Assembly (NCBI GenBank): GCA_038063755.1 | Contig: JBBTUL010000001.1 | Span: forward strand, 1-61,237 | DNA from: Patescibacteria group bacterium | GTDB taxonomy: Bacteria > Patescibacteriota > Minisyncoccia > UBA6257 > 2-01-FULL-56-20 | Direction of reading: 5' to 3' | DNA length: 61,237 nt | Shown here: piece after piece, positions 18,769 to 28,451 of the stretch | Numbering within the stretch: the stretch's first letter is position 1 | Layout of the letters: every line of letters starts with the position of its first letter | Translations under genes and position numbers: made by a program | Notes under the pieces: model-generated | What the model saw: only the letters and a program-made list of their open reading frames with translations | What the model was told of the DNA's origin: nothing | Databases searched by the model: none

Positions 18769-19032
18769 TAACTCTATATCCTAAAAAGCGTTTTGTTTGC
18801 CAGGTATTATATCGGCATCACTGCCAACCAAAAGGAGAGGCTTGATAAACACAACGCCAGTGAAGTAAGATCTACCAAGGCATACTCTCCATGGAGGCTT
18901 GTATATAAAGAAGGATTTTCAGAAAGAACCTCTGCTCGGAAACGAGAGATATTTCTGAAAAGAACTGCTCGAGCAAGAAAAGAGCTTTTTGAAAGAATCG
19001 AGAAAATGCCGCCATCGTCTAGCCTGGCCTAG
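18769..19032 (+). pseudogene. Small GIY-YIG nuclease gene with a disrupted start
   Basis: In-frame LYILKS...RYYIGIT...ERLDKHN...E...ARKRE..LK is preceded by GTG-TAA; the TTG ORF at 18793 lacks the first YIL strand. Confidence 0.7.
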
Positions 19033-19082
19033 GACATCGCCCTTTCACGGCGGGAACACCGGTTCAAATCCGGTTGGCGGTA
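19008..19082 (+). tRNA. tRNA-Glu(TTC)
   Basis: Cloverleaf: GCCGCCA/TGGCGGT acceptor, loop CTTTCAC, GGTTCAAATCC; CCA not encoded. Confidence 0.95.
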
Positions 19083-19127
19083 CAAATATCGTTTTGGTCT
19101 AGTCGAAGTGTGTGCTATAAAAAATAT

Positions 19128-19784
19128 ATGGTCCCGCGAAAAATTGAGCGATTCGGAAAACCGGAAGAAGGTGCCGTTTTTGAGGAACGCGAAGGTGGCG
19201 TAAAGGTTTTCAAAGTACCAGCCGAAACCGTCCAGGCTGACCTGAACAAAGATCAAGAACGAGGCCGACGAGTTCATCTAGCAATCGCCGAGGCGAAAAA
19301 AGTCCGCGACGAAAGAAAGGAGATTGCCGCATATATGGATGCGGCTCGAGGCTTTTTGGAAGCGAAATTCAACGTCAACAATCTTACAACGAGCGAGGGA
19401 GTTGAACTTCGAAAAGAAGTGGAGCGACAAGTTGCGAGGTACAACGAGCAAGAAAAATCGCGAGATAGAAACGTCGCGGGAACGGGATGGGAGATTACCA
19501 ACCCTTCAGTGGAGGCGGCTTATCTTTGGCTTCAAAATCTTTACGGCATAACCCCAGAGACCGTAAAAACTTTTTACAACTATTACTTTTGGGACGGTGG
19601 AGAGGGATTGCTTTACGAATTTAAGAGTGAAGAAGATCGGAACAGAAAGCACAGCGAATATCTCGCGAACATAAAAGAAGATCGTGCCGTGGGGTGCCTG
19701 AGATACAACGCCCCATCAAGCGCATTTGAAGAGCATTTAAGAAAAATGCGGGCAAGCGCGCACACCCCAGAGGCGGATGTGTAG
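19128..19784 (+). CDS. Hypothetical protein
   Basis: Charged ORF; start moved from inside the tRNA to ATG 19128. Confidence 0.75.
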   Translation: MVPRKIERFGKPEEGAVFEEREGGVKVFKVPAETVQADLNKDQERGRRVHLAIAEAKKVRDERKEIAAYMDAARGFLEAKFNVNNLTTSEGVELRKEVERQVARYNEQEKSRDRNVAGTGWEITNPSVEAAYLWLQNLYGITPETVKTFYNYYFWDGGEGLLYEFKSEEDRNRKHSEYLANIKEDRAVGCLRYNAPSSAFEEHLRKMRASAHTPEADV

Positions 19785-19810
19785 GCGGTCCTCAAATTAA
19801 AAAATCTCCC

Positions 19811-20641
19811 ATGGAAAATCCATTCGAAAAATACCTACCTCCGGCTGTAACATTTTATGAATCGCTTCTTCGCGAGGGAGTTCCATTCGATGAAGTCGAA
19901 GAGCTTATGGAGCGAGTTGACCTTGGCAAGCTTGAAAAAGAAATTGTCACCGACGCATTCGGGTTGTCCAAGGAAAAAGTTAATATCCTCGACGACGAAA
20001 GAGCAAGGGAGAGAACTCTCGCTTCAATCGCGCGCCTCATAATCGAGCTTCGCAAAAACATCTCCGAATATGACACGGTCATCGGAGACGACGCAAGCGC
20101 CAGAATTCTCGCCCTCCTCATCGGTAAAATAATAGACAAAAAAAGAAAGGAGTCCGGGAAAAATCCAGCGCAAAAGCTTTTCGTTCAAGGAGGAAGGCAC
20201 GGGAAGGAAAAAATCTGGGAAGCCGTGAGAGATTTCCTTTCGGAAAAAGCAAAAAAAATGGGCAAGACACTCCTTGTAACCGAATACATCACATCCGGTC
20301 GTGGCATAATGCCAACCGTCCTTGCTCTTGAAGCGAGTGGTGTAGACTTCGACCTTGCAAGCGTATCTATAACAAACAACCCTGAAAGCTACCCGCCCGA
20401 AATTCAACGACATCTCGTATTCGGCAGCGTGGGTCAGTCCGGCCTAGGACTATACTCTAGAAGCTCAGAGTCTGGCGTCAGAAAAAACTACAACCGCAAA
20501 GCGGGCTCGAAAGATCCGACCCTTGAGGCACCCAGGAATCCACACGTCGAAAAAATGAAAAACGCAAAGCAAGACAGGATTAACTTTGCACGAAGAGATG
20601 TTTCGCTTGTAGCAGAAGAGTTGGGCAAGCTCGTAGACTAA
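19811..20641 (+). CDS. Hypothetical protein with a possible phosphoribosyltransferase-like fold
   Basis: LLVTEYITSGRG resembles a degenerate PRPP-binding loop. Confidence 0.65.
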   Translation: MENPFEKYLPPAVTFYESLLREGVPFDEVEELMERVDLGKLEKEIVTDAFGLSKEKVNILDDERARERTLASIARLIIELRKNISEYDTVIGDDASARILALLIGKIIDKKRKESGKNPAQKLFVQGGRHGKEKIWEAVRDFLSEKAKKMGKTLLVTEYITSGRGIMPTVLALEASGVDFDLASVSITNNPESYPPEIQRHLVFGSVGQSGLGLYSRSSESGVRKNYNRKAGSKDPTLEAPRNPHVEKMKNAKQDRINFARRDVSLVAEELGKLVD

Positions 20642-20671
20642 AATTTTCCCTCAGCCTCAAAGAGGCGGCTG

Positions 20672-20700
20672 TTGCAAATAAGACGCGGAAATGCTATACT
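20672..20700 (+). promoter_or_regulatory. Sigma70-type promoter for the atp operon
   Basis: TTGCAA-17 nt-TATACT with an extended -10 TG. Confidence 0.65.
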
Positions 20701-20733
20701 TTCTGCGTTTTTCGCCACACTTTACTACTTTTT

Positions 20734-21474
20734 ATGTCAGAGATATCAATCAAAGCAGAAGAGCTCCTTCATATCGGAAATTTCCCCGTAACAAACGCGC
20801 TCCTTATGTCTCTTTTGGTATTCATCTTCCTCGCCTCCGCAAGCATCCTGCTTCGAAAAAAACTCTCGCTCATCCCGGGAAAGGTACAGTCTGTCCTTGA
20901 GCTTCTGCTCGAAGGAATCCTTAATCTTATGGACTCGGTCCTCGGGAGCCGCGCAAAGTCAGAAAAGTATCTCCCTTTTATCGCGACCATATTTCTCTTT
21001 ATTCTCTTCTCGAACTGGTTCGGACTTCTTCCGGGTGTCGGATCTCTTGTTCTTCGCGAAGGCGAGCATGGCGCGATTCCCGTTCTTCGCGCACCATCAA
21101 GCGACCTTAACTTCACGCTCGCCCTTGCCGTGCTTGCGGTCGTCTCCATTAATATTTTCGGAATTCTTGCAATTGGCATCGCCGCTCACGCAAAAAAGTT
21201 TTTCGATTTTTCGAACCCAATCAACTTCTTCCTCGGCATCCTTGAGCTCATTTCTGAATTTGCTAAAATGGTATCGTTCTCATTTCGTCTCTTCGGAAAT
21301 ATATTTGCCGGAGAGGTGCTTCTTACCATTATTGCCTTCCTCGTCCCCTACGTAATACCGCTTCCATTCTTGTTCCTTGAGGTATTTGTCGGATTTATAC
21401 AGGCGTTCGTTTTTGGAATGCTCGCGCTGGTTTTTACCGCGATCGCCACAACTGAACATGCTACCGAACACTAG
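20734..21474 (+). CDS. atpB: ATP synthase Fo subunit a
   Basis: SFSFRLFGNIFAGE; FIQAFVF. Confidence 0.97.
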   Translation: MSEISIKAEELLHIGNFPVTNALLMSLLVFIFLASASILLRKKLSLIPGKVQSVLELLLEGILNLMDSVLGSRAKSEKYLPFIATIFLFILFSNWFGLLPGVGSLVLREGEHGAIPVLRAPSSDLNFTLALAVLAVVSINIFGILAIGIAAHAKKFFDFSNPINFFLGILELISEFAKMVSFSFRLFGNIFAGEVLLTIIAFLVPYVIPLPFLFLEVFVGFIQAFVFGMLALVFTAIATTEHATEH

Positions 21475-21510
21475 AATATAAAAGGTCGAAAAAAACACAA
21501 CTAATCAACC

Positions 21511-21738
21511 ATGGGAATCGAAGAAATTAAGATATTAGGATCGGCGCTCGCCATCGCTGTCGGAACAATCATGCCAGCGCTCGCCATCGGGCTCATCGGA
21601 TCAAAGGGCGCAGAAGCTATTGGAAGGAATCCAGAAGCGGCACCGAAGGTTCAGACTGCTATGATTTTGGCAATCGCCTTTGCCGAAGCAATCGCAATTT
21701 ATGCGTTGGTCATCTCGCTCATTATCAAGTTCGTATAA
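21511..21738 (+). CDS. atpE: ATP synthase Fo subunit c
   Basis: IGRNPEA; FAEAIAIY with the carboxylate Glu; lacks the Na+ Ser/Thr after Glu, so probably H+-coupled. Confidence 0.97.
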   Translation: MGIEEIKILGSALAIAVGTIMPALAIGLIGSKGAEAIGRNPEAAPKVQTAMILAIAFAEAIAIYALVISLIIKFV

Positions 21739-21818
21739 ACGGCACATAGCAGAGGGCAAATCGTAGGATCTCTTGCCCGATTGCGCTTTGCTATTTGCCC
21801 CGAAAAGCCAGCACCTCA

Positions 21819-22319
21819 ATGGAAGAACTCTTACAAAAACTAGGAATAGACTGGAAGTTGCTTTTAAGCCAAGCGGCAAACTTTTTGCTCTTGCTCGTTA
21901 TTCTCCGCATATTCGCTTACAAACCGCTTTTGAAATTACTTAAGGAGCGACGAGAAAAAATCGAGGAGGGGGTTCAAAAAGCCGAAGAGGCAGATACCCG
22001 CCTCGGAGAAGCAGATAAGGTGCTTCAGGAGAAAACGAAGGAGGCGGAAATAAAATCTCTTGAGATACTCAAGTCTACAGAAGCCAGATCGAGGGAGGTT
22101 GAAGCGGAGATGCTCGCGGCGGCGAAACGCAAGGAGCTTGTAATGTTTGAAGAAGTGAATCGCTCTATCGCCCAAAAAGAAGAAGATATGAAGGTTCGAG
22201 TTCGCAACGAAGCAATCGTCCTTGTAAAGGAGGCGCTGACGCAAGCGGTTGGAATGAAACCGAAAGAAATCGACGAAGCCCTGATCGAACAGGCGCTCCA
22301 GAAAACAGCCAGGAAATGA
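21819..22319 (+). CDS. atpF: ATP synthase Fo subunit b
   Basis: LGIDWKLLLSQAANF, YKPLLKLLKERR coiled coil. Confidence 0.93.
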   Translation: MEELLQKLGIDWKLLLSQAANFLLLLVILRIFAYKPLLKLLKERREKIEEGVQKAEEADTRLGEADKVLQEKTKEAEIKSLEILKSTEARSREVEAEMLAAAKRKELVMFEEVNRSIAQKEEDMKVRVRNEAIVLVKEALTQAVGMKPKEIDEALIEQALQKTARK

Positions 22320-22699
22320 AGTATTCCCCCATCCTTTACGCGAAAGCGTTCTCTGCGGTCCTTGCGAAAGAGAAACCGCAGAGCGAAAAGGTAGTTCTCT
22401 CGAACATGGTCCTCCTCGTAAAGAAAAACGGAGATGAAGCGCATTGGGATGCCATCTTGAAAGAAACAAGTCGCCTTTTGAGGAAAGCCTTTGGCATTCA
22501 TCACATACTCCTTGAATCGGCTCGGCCGCTCACCAAAGAACAGCGTGCATCACTTGAGAAGTCCCTTCCCACGCCACGTGTGATCGAGGAAAAAATATCC
22601 TCGGAGCTTGTCGCGGGCGTTCGGATAACCATCGACGGAATGGAACAGTTTGACGGCTCGCTTTTCAAAAAACTAGAAACAATGCTCCCCCGTCGATAA
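22316..22699 (+). CDS. atpH: ATP synthase F1 subunit delta (short)
   Basis: Position in the operon; ESARPL and [13 protein letters not shown]-terminal motifs. Confidence 0.85.
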   Translation: MKYSPILYAKAFSAVLAKEKPQSEKVVLSNMVLLVKKNGDEAHWDAILKETSRLLRKAFGIHHILLESARPLTKEQRASLEKSLPTPRVIEEKISSELVAGVRITIDGMEQFDGSLFKKLETMLPRR

Positions 22700-22712
22700 C
22701 GAAAATATCAGC

Positions 22713-24236
22713 ATGTCATACGAAATAATAGAAAAACTTAAAAAAGAAATCTCCGCGCACAAAGACTCCACGCAGTGGGAAGCTATCGGATCCGTCATTG
22801 AGGTTGGTGATGGCATTATTAAAATTATCGGCCTTTCAAAAACAGTAAGCCAAGAGTTGCTTTTGGTTGAGACCGTGGATGGACCGCGAAGAGCACTCGC
22901 TTTGAACCTCGAAGAGGAAACGGTAGGCGCACTCGTTCTCGACGACTACCTTTCAATAAAAACGGGAGACATTGTAAAAAATACCGGCTCAGTTCTTTCC
23001 CTCAACGTTGGAGTCGAGCTGCTTGGCCGCGTTATTGATCCGCTCGGAAACCCGCTTGATGGGAAGGGCCCTATCTTCAAGGAAGAAGCAAAGCCCGAGA
23101 AATATCTTTTAGAAAACAAAGCGCCGGGAGTTCTCGACCGAGAATCGGTGAATGCCCCGCTTCACACCGGAATCAAAGCGATTGATTCCATGATTCCTAT
23201 CGGGCGCGGACAACGTGAGCTTATTATCGGAGACAGACAAACGGGAAAAACCGCCGTTGCGCTTGATACGATTATTAATCAGCTGAAAGACAAGAGCGGA
23301 AAAACACCGATTTGTATCTATGTAGCGGTTGGCCAGAAAGAATCGAAGGTCGCAAAGATCGTCGAAACGCTCAAGGAACATGGCGCTATGGAATACACGG
23401 TGGTCGTCTCGGCATCTGCTTCTTCTCCGGCAGCGCTTTGGTATTTGGCTCCGTTTGCGGGATGCGCTGTTGGAGAATTTTTCCGAGATAAAGGACAGGA
23501 TGCGCTCGTAGTCTACGACGACCTTTCAAAACACGCTTGGGCATATAGACAGATTTCACTTCTCCTTCGCCGCCCGCCAGGACGTGAGGCGTATCCGGGA
23601 GATGTTTTCTACCTTCATTCCCGCCTTCTTGAACGTGCCGCAAAACTCTCGAAAGAAAAAGGCGGAGGCTCTCTCACCGCTCTTCCCATCATCGAAACTC
23701 AACTGGGAGATGTCACGGCATACATTCCGACAAACGTTATTTCGATAACCGATGGCCAAATATATCTGGAATCTGATCTTTTTTATCAGGGAGTTCGTCC
23801 GGCGGTAAACGTCGGTCTCTCGGTCTCCCGCGTAGGATCCGCAGCCCAAACGAAAGCGATGAAAAAGGTCACCGGCAAACTTCGCCTTGCGCTTGCGCAG
23901 TTCCGCGAACTTCAGGCATTCGTGCAATTCTCCTCCGACGTTGACGAAGCAACTCAAAAAAAGATCAAGCAGGGCCAGCTTGTTACCGAAATATTGAAGC
24001 AGAGCGATCTTGCCCCGCTCCCGTTTGAAAAACAAGTTGTTTCTTTCTATGCGACGCTTAACGGCTACCTTGATGAAATACCCCTCCCGCAAGCGAAAGC
24101 GAAAGAAGAGCAAATGTTTGAAAATATCGAAAGATTTCACGGAGACATCCTGGAGTCCATCCGAACAACAAAAGAGCTCTCGCCTGAGACCGAAGAATCG
24201 CTTAAAAAAGCAATAACCGCATTCCTTTCGAAATAA
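22713..24236 (+). CDS. atpA: ATP synthase F1 subunit alpha
   Basis: GDRQTGKT; [24 protein letters not shown]. Confidence 0.99.
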   Translation: MSYEIIEKLKKEISAHKDSTQWEAIGSVIEVGDGIIKIIGLSKTVSQELLLVETVDGPRRALALNLEEETVGALVLDDYLSIKTGDIVKNTGSVLSLNVGVELLGRVIDPLGNPLDGKGPIFKEEAKPEKYLLENKAPGVLDRESVNAPLHTGIKAIDSMIPIGRGQRELIIGDRQTGKTAVALDTIINQLKDKSGKTPICIYVAVGQKESKVAKIVETLKEHGAMEYTVVVSASASSPAALWYLAPFAGCAVGEFFRDKGQDALVVYDDLSKHAWAYRQISLLLRRPPGREAYPGDVFYLHSRLLERAAKLSKEKGGGSLTALPIIETQLGDVTAYIPTNVISITDGQIYLESDLFYQGVRPAVNVGLSVSRVGSAAQTKAMKKVTGKLRLALAQFRELQAFVQFSSDVDEATQKKIKQGQLVTEILKQSDLAPLPFEKQVVSFYATLNGYLDEIPLPQAKAKEEQMFENIERFHGDILESIRTTKELSPETEESLKKAITAFLSK

Positions 24237-25180
24237 TGGAATCCCTTCAAAACATTAAAAGGCGCCTGAAGGGCGTCAAGAATATCAGCCAGATAACCAA
24301 AGCAATGGAGCTTGTTGCTGCAACCAAAATGCGACGCAGCCAAGAAGTCGCCATTTCATCTCGTCCGTACACCTACGCGGCTCTCGATCTCCTTGCGGTA
24401 CTCGCAAGACAAGGAAGCCTCCATCCGTCGCCCCTGCTGCAAAAACGGCCCCTCAACCACACGCTCGTAGTCCTTATCACGTCAGACAAGGGTCTTGCGG
24501 GCTCATTCAACAGTTCCGTCATCCGATCATTCGAGTCGTTCGCTAAGGAAACAAATATCGACATGAAAGATGGCTCGCACTTGTTCGTTGCGATCGGGCA
24601 AAAATCCGCTTCGTATCTCGATCGTCGAACGCCTCACCTTATCCAGTCGTTCATCCGATTCGGAGATTTCACAACCGTACAAGAAATTGGAAACCTCACC
24701 AAGCTGCTTGTTGACGGATACCTTGCCGAACGGTGGGACAAGGTTATTGCGATATCTACTCACTTTAAGACCGCGCTCCGCCAAGTAGTTCTGAAGCGCC
24801 AAATTCTCCCCGTAGATCCCGACCTTCTTAAAAAAACTGCCGACGAGATAGTTCCGGAAACAGGAAAGTTCGCCGAGCTCATCAGAAGCAACGGTCTCTC
24901 GTTTTTCAACGAGGGAAAGGATGCTTCGGAATACCTCATCGAACCATCCCCGCAGATTGTGCTCGAGTCCTTAGTCCCCCATCTCGTCGAGATGCAGCTC
25001 TATCACATTATTCTTGAGGCAAACGCATCAGAACACGCCGCGCGGCGGACTGCTATGAAAAGCGCGTCCGACAACGCCGAAGAATTAGCATCGAACCTCT
25101 CCCTCCAATACAACAAGTCGAGACAAGCATCTATTACAAAAGAGCTAATTGAAATTACTGCTGGAGCAGAGTCGCTCTAA
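24236..25180 (+). CDS. atpG: ATP synthase F1 subunit gamma
   Basis: ITKAMELVAATKM; SDKGLAG; YNKSRQASITKEL. Confidence 0.97.
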   Translation: MESLQNIKRRLKGVKNISQITKAMELVAATKMRRSQEVAISSRPYTYAALDLLAVLARQGSLHPSPLLQKRPLNHTLVVLITSDKGLAGSFNSSVIRSFESFAKETNIDMKDGSHLFVAIGQKSASYLDRRTPHLIQSFIRFGDFTTVQEIGNLTKLLVDGYLAERWDKVIAISTHFKTALRQVVLKRQILPVDPDLLKKTADEIVPETGKFAELIRSNGLSFFNEGKDASEYLIEPSPQIVLESLVPHLVEMQLYHIILEANASEHAARRTAMKSASDNAEELASNLSLQYNKSRQASITKELIEITAGAESL

Positions 25181-25187
25181 AAAATAA

Positions 25188-26585
<1,398 letters not shown>

Positions 26586-26594
26586 AAAACAAAA

Positions 26595-26840
26595 ATGAAA
26601 CTCGAGGCGTACGCACTGCAAAAAATTCTTTATACTGGAGAGATCTCCTCGCTCACCTGCAAAACCGCAGCTGGAGAAATTACGATTCTTGACCACCACA
26701 AACCCATTATCTCCGTGCTCGCTCCAGGAACGATCGCCATTACGGCGACTGATGGAAAAAAATCGTACTTCGAAGTAAAGAGTGGATTTCTTGAGGTTCA
26801 GGCCGGAAACTCTGTTCGTATCATAGCGGATATAAATTAA
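26595..26840 (+). CDS. atpC: ATP synthase F1 subunit epsilon, N-terminal beta domain only
   Basis: GEITILDHHKPII; GFLEV; ends at 81 aa. Confidence 0.88.
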   Translation: MKLEAYALQKILYTGEISSLTCKTAAGEITILDHHKPIISVLAPGTIAITATDGKKSYFEVKSGFLEVQAGNSVRIIADIN

Positions 26841-26841
26841 A

Positions 26842-26861
26842 AAGACCCGAAGCAGGGGTCT
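26842..26861. terminator. Hairpin between convergent atpC and GNAT genes
   Basis: AAGACCC-gaagca-GGGTCTT (about these coordinates). Confidence 0.55.
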
Positions 26862-27295
26862 TATGCGGATCTGTATTCGAGATAGTGATACGGATGTCCC
26901 CTCCAGCTCCCTCGGTCTTCTCGGGTGAAGCCAAGTTTCTTATAAAATCCCAATGCGCGGTACTCATAGAACGAACCAACAGAGATGAATTTAAGTCCAC
27001 TTTTCTTCGCTTTTTCTTTTATAAAGGAGATAAGCGCTTCTCCGACTCCGCGACGCTTATGATCGCCACGAACAGCAAGTGTGTCAATCTCGACATATCG
27101 CGCGTGGGGCGTAACGCACATGATTCCGATAATACCCTTCTCACTCACCGCAACAAAATACCTCCCCCCTGAAACAGCCTCCTTTATTGTGGTGGGCCAA
27201 TGCAAGCGAAAGCCAACGAAATCGAGCTTGAGCTCTGTAGCCGCAATTTTTTGAATCGCGGAAACGTCGTTATGTCTCGCCTTGCGGATACGCAT
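26861..27295 (-). CDS. GNAT family N-acetyltransferase
   Basis: LAVRGDHKRRGVG acetyl-CoA motif; FYKKLGF. Confidence 0.9.
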   Translation of the reverse strand: MRIRKARHNDVSAIQKIAATELKLDFVGFRLHWPTTIKEAVSGGRYFVAVSEKGIIGIMCVTPHARYVEIDTLAVRGDHKRRGVGEALISFIKEKAKKSGLKFISVGSFYEYRALGFYKKLGFTREDRGSWRGHPYHYLEYRSA

Positions 27296-27366
27296 GCTTA
27301 GTCCTTGTAAATAATGACTGCTTTTATTAGGCTAATCGAGTACGAGTTGATGTCAAGTCACTCTTT

Positions 27367-28407
27367 ATGAAAAAAATAATCATCTTAGCCATCGAAACTT
27401 CTTGCGATGAAACAGCCCTCTCTCTCGTTGAGGCCAGCGGCACAATATCTTTCCCAAGTTTTCAGGTAAAAGAAAGTATTATATCTTCGCAAATCGCGGT
27501 TCACCGACCCTTCGGGGGGGTTGTTCCCAATCTCGCAAAGCGAGAACATGAAAAAAATCTTCCGGTTCTTTTTAAAAAACTGCTTGCCGCTAACCGCTCT
27601 CTTGTAAAAAACATCCACTGCATCGCGGTTACCGTCGGCCCAGGACTTGAACCCGCGCTCTGGGCTGGCATCACCTTCGCGCAAACGATCGGCAAACAGT
27701 TGAAAAAGCCGGTTATGGGAGTAAACCATCTTGAAGGACACTTATGGAGTTTTCTCCTCCCGAAAAAAGGAGTTCGCTGGTCAAAGAAGAAAATCAAAAA
27801 TCTTTTCCCCGCAGTAGGACTTATCGTAAGCGGAGGACATACCATGCTTCTTAGGATCGATGGGCTTACGAAGTGGAAAAAAATCGGAGAGACTCGCGAC
27901 GATGCGGCTGGAGAAGCATTTGATAAAGTTGCGCGCCTCCTTAGCCTTCCCTACCCGGGAGGACCGGAAATCTCAAAACTCGCAAAGAAGGGCGATCGCA
28001 CATCCATCTCATTTCCGCAACCGATGGTTCACGCGAAAAACTTTGATTTCAGCTTCTCAGGACTCAAGACATCAGTCCTCTATTATCTGCGAGACAATCC
28101 CAGTGCTCAAAAAAAAGACGTCGCCGCATCCTTTGAACATGCTGCCGTCTCCGTCCTTGCGGAAAAAACAATGCGAGCCGTCTCTCGCATAAACGCCAAG
28201 TCCGTACTCCTCTCCGGGGGCGTTGCCGCGAACACCTATTTACGGGAGGTTCTTCTCTCTCGAACCCGTAAGGCAAAAATTCCCTTTATCGTTTCGGAGG
28301 CACAATATAATACAGACAACGCCTCCATGGTCGGAGCAGCCGCCTATATCAACCTGCTTCGCAAAAAAAAGTACCGTCTTCGTGCAAATGGAAATTTGGG
28401 AATATAG
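27367..28407 (+). CDS. tsaD: tRNA N6-threonylcarbamoyltransferase
   Basis: IETSCDET; NHLEGH; ETRDDAAGEAFDK; TDNASM. Confidence 0.97.
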   Translation: MKKIIILAIETSCDETALSLVEASGTISFPSFQVKESIISSQIAVHRPFGGVVPNLAKREHEKNLPVLFKKLLAANRSLVKNIHCIAVTVGPGLEPALWAGITFAQTIGKQLKKPVMGVNHLEGHLWSFLLPKKGVRWSKKKIKNLFPAVGLIVSGGHTMLLRIDGLTKWKKIGETRDDAAGEAFDKVARLLSLPYPGGPEISKLAKKGDRTSISFPQPMVHAKNFDFSFSGLKTSVLYYLRDNPSAQKKDVAASFEHAAVSVLAEKTMRAVSRINAKSVLLSGGVAANTYLREVLLSRTRKAKIPFIVSEAQYNTDNASMVGAAAYINLLRKKKYRLRANGNLGI

Positions 28408-28451
28408 AACACTCGCTTTCGTCTCTTGGGAAAGGTAAAATAGAATCACCA

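Noticed and set aside
18684-19082. Single tRNA with a large nuclease-encoding intron
   Set aside because: The upstream acceptor GGCTCCA has no matching TGGAGCC 3' exon, and the downstream tRNA is complete on its own.
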